Sequence record: SRR20825010_1851 | Reading direction: 5' to 3' (one strand) | Length of the DNA stretch: 41,200 nt | Part shown: positions 37,930-41,200 of the stretch, in pieces | How positions within the stretch are numbered: position 1 is the first letter of the stretch | How the letters are laid out: every line of letters begins with the position of its first letter | Position numbers and translations under genes: made by a program | Notes under the pieces: model-generated | What the model was told of the DNA's origin: nothing | What the model saw: the letters and a program-made list of their open reading frames with translations, nothing else | The model's database searches: none

Positions 37930-39263
37930 GCGATATCTATCTCTACAATACCCTCGCACGTGAAAAGCAGAAGTTTGTACCGATAGACCCCGAAAACGTG
38001 CGCATGTATGTGTGTGGTCCCACCGTATGGGATTATGCGCATATCGGTAACGCGCGTCCGGTTGTGGTGTTTGATATGCTATTTCGCCTGCTCCGGCTTG
38101 AATATGGCGAAGACCATGTAACCTATGCCCGCAACTTCACCGATATTGATGACAAGATCATGAAGCGCGCGAATGATGAAGGTGTGTCTATTCGCACCAT
38201 CACCAACCGCTACGCCAAGGTTTATGTGGAAGACATGGGAACGTTAGGCGCGATGACCCCGACGATCCAGCCAAAAGCAACAGAACATATCCCCGAGATG
38301 ATCCGCATGATGCAGACGCTCATTGAGCGTGGCCACGCCTATGAGGCAGAGGGCCATGTGATGTTCAACGTACCGTCGATGGAAAACTACGGTCGTCTGT
38401 CGTGCCACAGCCGGGACGAGCTTGTGGCGGGCGCACGGGTTGACGTGGCACCCTATAAAAAGGATTCAGCGGATTTTGTGCTCTGGAAGCCATCCTCTGA
38501 TGAGCAGGTAGGCTGGAATAGCCCTTGGGGTAGAGGCCGGCCAGGGTGGCACCTTGAATGTTCGTGCATGATCGAAAAACACCTTGGCGAGACCATTGAT
38601 ATTCATGCGGGTGGGCAAGACCTTATCTTCCCGCACCATGAGAATGAGATTGCACAAAGCGAATGCACCCACGGCAAGCAGTTTGTGAATTATTGGATGC
38701 ATAACGGCTATCTGACGGTGGACGGTGAAAAAATGTCCAAATCGCTTGGTAATTTTCATACCGTGCATGACCTGATTGCGGAGCATCCGGGTGAAGCCAT
38801 CCGTATGAGCTTGCTTACGGCACATTATCGGCAACCGGTGGATTTCTCGATTGAAAGCATGCGCGAGCAGAAGCGCAGGCTTGACCGCTGGTATCGCCTG
38901 ACAGACGGCGTTGTTGCAGCAGCTGAGGTTCCTTCAAGCGTGACAGGCGCCCTGAAAGACGACCTGAATACACCAAAAGCAATCGCCGCACTTGATGCGC
39001 TGGCGGCCTCTGAAACGGCTGCAGATTTGAAGGCTGGTGCGCAGTTCATGGGCCTTCTGTGTGAAGGTGCTGCCAAATGGTTTCAGGGCGATGCGCCTGA
39101 AGGCATCAGTGTCGCTGACATTGAGGTAAAGATCGCGGACCGGCTTGAAGCCCGCAAAAACAAGGACTTTGCCGCAAGCGACCGTATTCGCGACGAGTTA
39201 TTGGCCAAAGGCATCCTGCTTGAAGACGGCGCAGGCGGCACAACCTGGCGCAAGGCTGACTAA
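37926..39263 (+). CDS. cysS: Cysteine--tRNA ligase
   Basis: MYVCGPTV, HIGN, DFVLWK, GRPGWHLECS, FPHHENE, KMSKS. Confidence 0.97.
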   Translation: MSDIYLYNTLAREKQKFVPIDPENVRMYVCGPTVWDYAHIGNARPVVVFDMLFRLLRLEYGEDHVTYARNFTDIDDKIMKRANDEGVSIRTITNRYAKVYVEDMGTLGAMTPTIQPKATEHIPEMIRMMQTLIERGHAYEAEGHVMFNVPSMENYGRLSCHSRDELVAGARVDVAPYKKDSADFVLWKPSSDEQVGWNSPWGRGRPGWHLECSCMIEKHLGETIDIHAGGQDLIFPHHENEIAQSECTHGKQFVNYWMHNGYLTVDGEKMSKSLGNFHTVHDLIAEHPGEAIRMSLLTAHYRQPVDFSIESMREQKRRLDRWYRLTDGVVAAAEVPSSVTGALKDDLNTPKAIAALDALAASETAADLKAGAQFMGLLCEGAAKWFQGDAPEGISVADIEVKIADRLEARKNKDFAASDRIRDELLAKGILLEDGAGGTTWRKAD

Positions 39264-40015
39264 TGGCAACTGTAAAACAGCCAGCAATTATTCTGGTGCG
39301 CCCACAGCTTGGTGAAAACATCGGTAAAGCGGCGCGGGCGATGCTCAATTTCGGCTTTACTGATATGAGGCTCGTGGCCCCGCGGGATGGCTGGCCCAAC
39401 CCTGCGGCGGGACCGTCAGCCGCTGGCGCGGATATAGTACTTGAAAACGCACAAGTGTTTGAGAGTGTTGAGGCTGCTGTGGCGGACCTGAGTTATGTTT
39501 ACGCCTCGACCGTGCGTGACAGGGATATGCCAAAACCGGTAGCGACCCCGCGTGAAGCGGCGGCACAGATGCACAAGCTGATCGCGGGCGGCGAGGCTCC
39601 GGGCATATTGTTTGGGCCAGAACGCTCGGGCCTCACCAATGACGATGTAGTGCTGGCGGATGCGGTGTTGACCGTGCCTGTGAACCCCGAATTTGGTAGC
39701 CTCAACCTCGCGCAAGCCGTGATACTGACGGCTTATGAATTCCATTCCCAGGCTGATACCACACCAGCCTATCAGCCCGCACATCCTGAAGGCATTGCCC
39801 CAAAAGAAGACCTAATTGGCTTGATGGAGCATATGGAACGGGAGCTTGATAAGCGCGGCTTCTTCCGCTCAGAAGGGCGACGCGCGCCCATGCGCCGCAC
39901 ACTTCGGAATGTGTTGCAGAACGCGGGCTTTTCCAAGCAGGAAATCTTCACTCTCAGAGGAGTCGTAAAGTCGCTGGCTCGCCGCCCCAGAGACGAACCC
40001 GGAGATGAAGAATAG
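39263..40015 (+). CDS. trmJ: TrmJ/LasT family SPOUT RNA methyltransferase
   Basis: PQLGENIGKAARAMLNFG, FGPERSGL, SLNLAQAV. Confidence 0.9.
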   Translation: MATVKQPAIILVRPQLGENIGKAARAMLNFGFTDMRLVAPRDGWPNPAAGPSAAGADIVLENAQVFESVEAAVADLSYVYASTVRDRDMPKPVATPREAAAQMHKLIAGGEAPGILFGPERSGLTNDDVVLADAVLTVPVNPEFGSLNLAQAVILTAYEFHSQADTTPAYQPAHPEGIAPKEDLIGLMEHMERELDKRGFFRSEGRRAPMRRTLRNVLQNAGFSKQEIFTLRGVVKSLARRPRDEPGDEE

Positions 40016-40114
40016 CCCGTCCGGGCCTCATCGTTTTGTTCATCGCGTATACAGGCACTTTCTTTCAAACTATATGTTGGGTAGGGTGAATACCTGACGA
40101 GTGACGGAGGCAAT

Positions 40115-40714
40115 ATGTCGATCTTGGCGAGTATGGTAGTTGCGCTGAACATGATGATGCAGGGCATTGACGACACGGGTACGGCTGTTGCACGCCCGAT
40201 CGGAGAAGTGCATTTCAATGAGGAAACAGGCAGCTACTATCAGGTTTTCGACTTTATCGGGAAACCGCCCCACACGTGGGTGCATGCGCGCCGCATGGTG
40301 AAGGGCTACCGGTATAATGACCGAGAAGGGCGCTTGGCAGTCATCAAGGACATTTCCCTTCATTATTTCCTGCTTTTGAACTTTCCCATGCTGCGCCAAC
40401 AGAAGATGTGGATTGGTTTGAGCGTTGAATGTAATGAGACAGCCGACATGACCTGGGTTGATGGTAGCTCACTCGCCGACCAGAGCTTCCGCGGTTTTGG
40501 TGAAGGTGTGCTGCGCGATATCAGCCGCACTTGCCGCGCCCGGAAAGATAGCGGCGCTCTATACCCGATCTATTATGAGCCGGACCAATTTGGCGTACGG
40601 TGGCAGATGGGCGAGGCGCGTACGAACCTCACTTATATGATGGTTGAGTTTCCGGCGCCCGAAGAAGAAGCTGCCGCGGACGAAGTTGAGAGCACAGAGA
40701 CGCCACAGCAGTGA
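40115..40714 (+). CDS. Secreted C-type-lectin-like domain protein
   Basis: GGAGG RBS, hydrophobic N-terminus, TW..A, GRLAVI, MWIGL and WVDGS motifs of the CTLD fold. Confidence 0.65.
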   Translation: MSILASMVVALNMMMQGIDDTGTAVARPIGEVHFNEETGSYYQVFDFIGKPPHTWVHARRMVKGYRYNDREGRLAVIKDISLHYFLLLNFPMLRQQKMWIGLSVECNETADMTWVDGSSLADQSFRGFGEGVLRDISRTCRARKDSGALYPIYYEPDQFGVRWQMGEARTNLTYMMVEFPAPEEEAAADEVESTETPQQ

Positions 40715-40720
40715 GCGGCT

Positions 40721-41200
<480 letters not shown>

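Overview
Alphaproteobacterial chromosomal segment (gene content and order suggest a marine Sphingomonadales/Kordiimonadales-like organism; inference only). Left to right: (i) a large exported protein with a Pro/Thr/Glu linker running off the left edge on the minus strand, missed by the ORF track; (ii) a CobT-like protein whose catalytic motifs are degenerate; (iii) a ~19 kb exosortase A (XrtA)/PEP-CTERM-associated exopolysaccharide locus in two blocks; (iv) the phoR-pstSCAB-phoU-phoB phosphate operon on the minus strand, with Pho boxes; (v) divergent from phoR, a four-gene RiPP-like protein-modification cassette: a twin-arginine-leader, Cys-containing, poly-Asp/Ser-rich protein, a PqqD/RRE chaperone, an HprK-related kinase and a nucleotidyltransferase, preceded by two perfect GTTAA-N7-TTAAC (CtrA-type) boxes; (vi) housekeeping genes (gph, class II DAHP synthase, nadE, gltX, cysS, trmJ, partial hemB) and a C-type-lectin-like protein. 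The best candidate for an undescribed system is the cassette at 29423-32487. No rRNA, tRNA, CRISPR or mobile element was recognised. Family names and TIGR/Pfam identifiers are recalled from motifs and synteny; no search was run.
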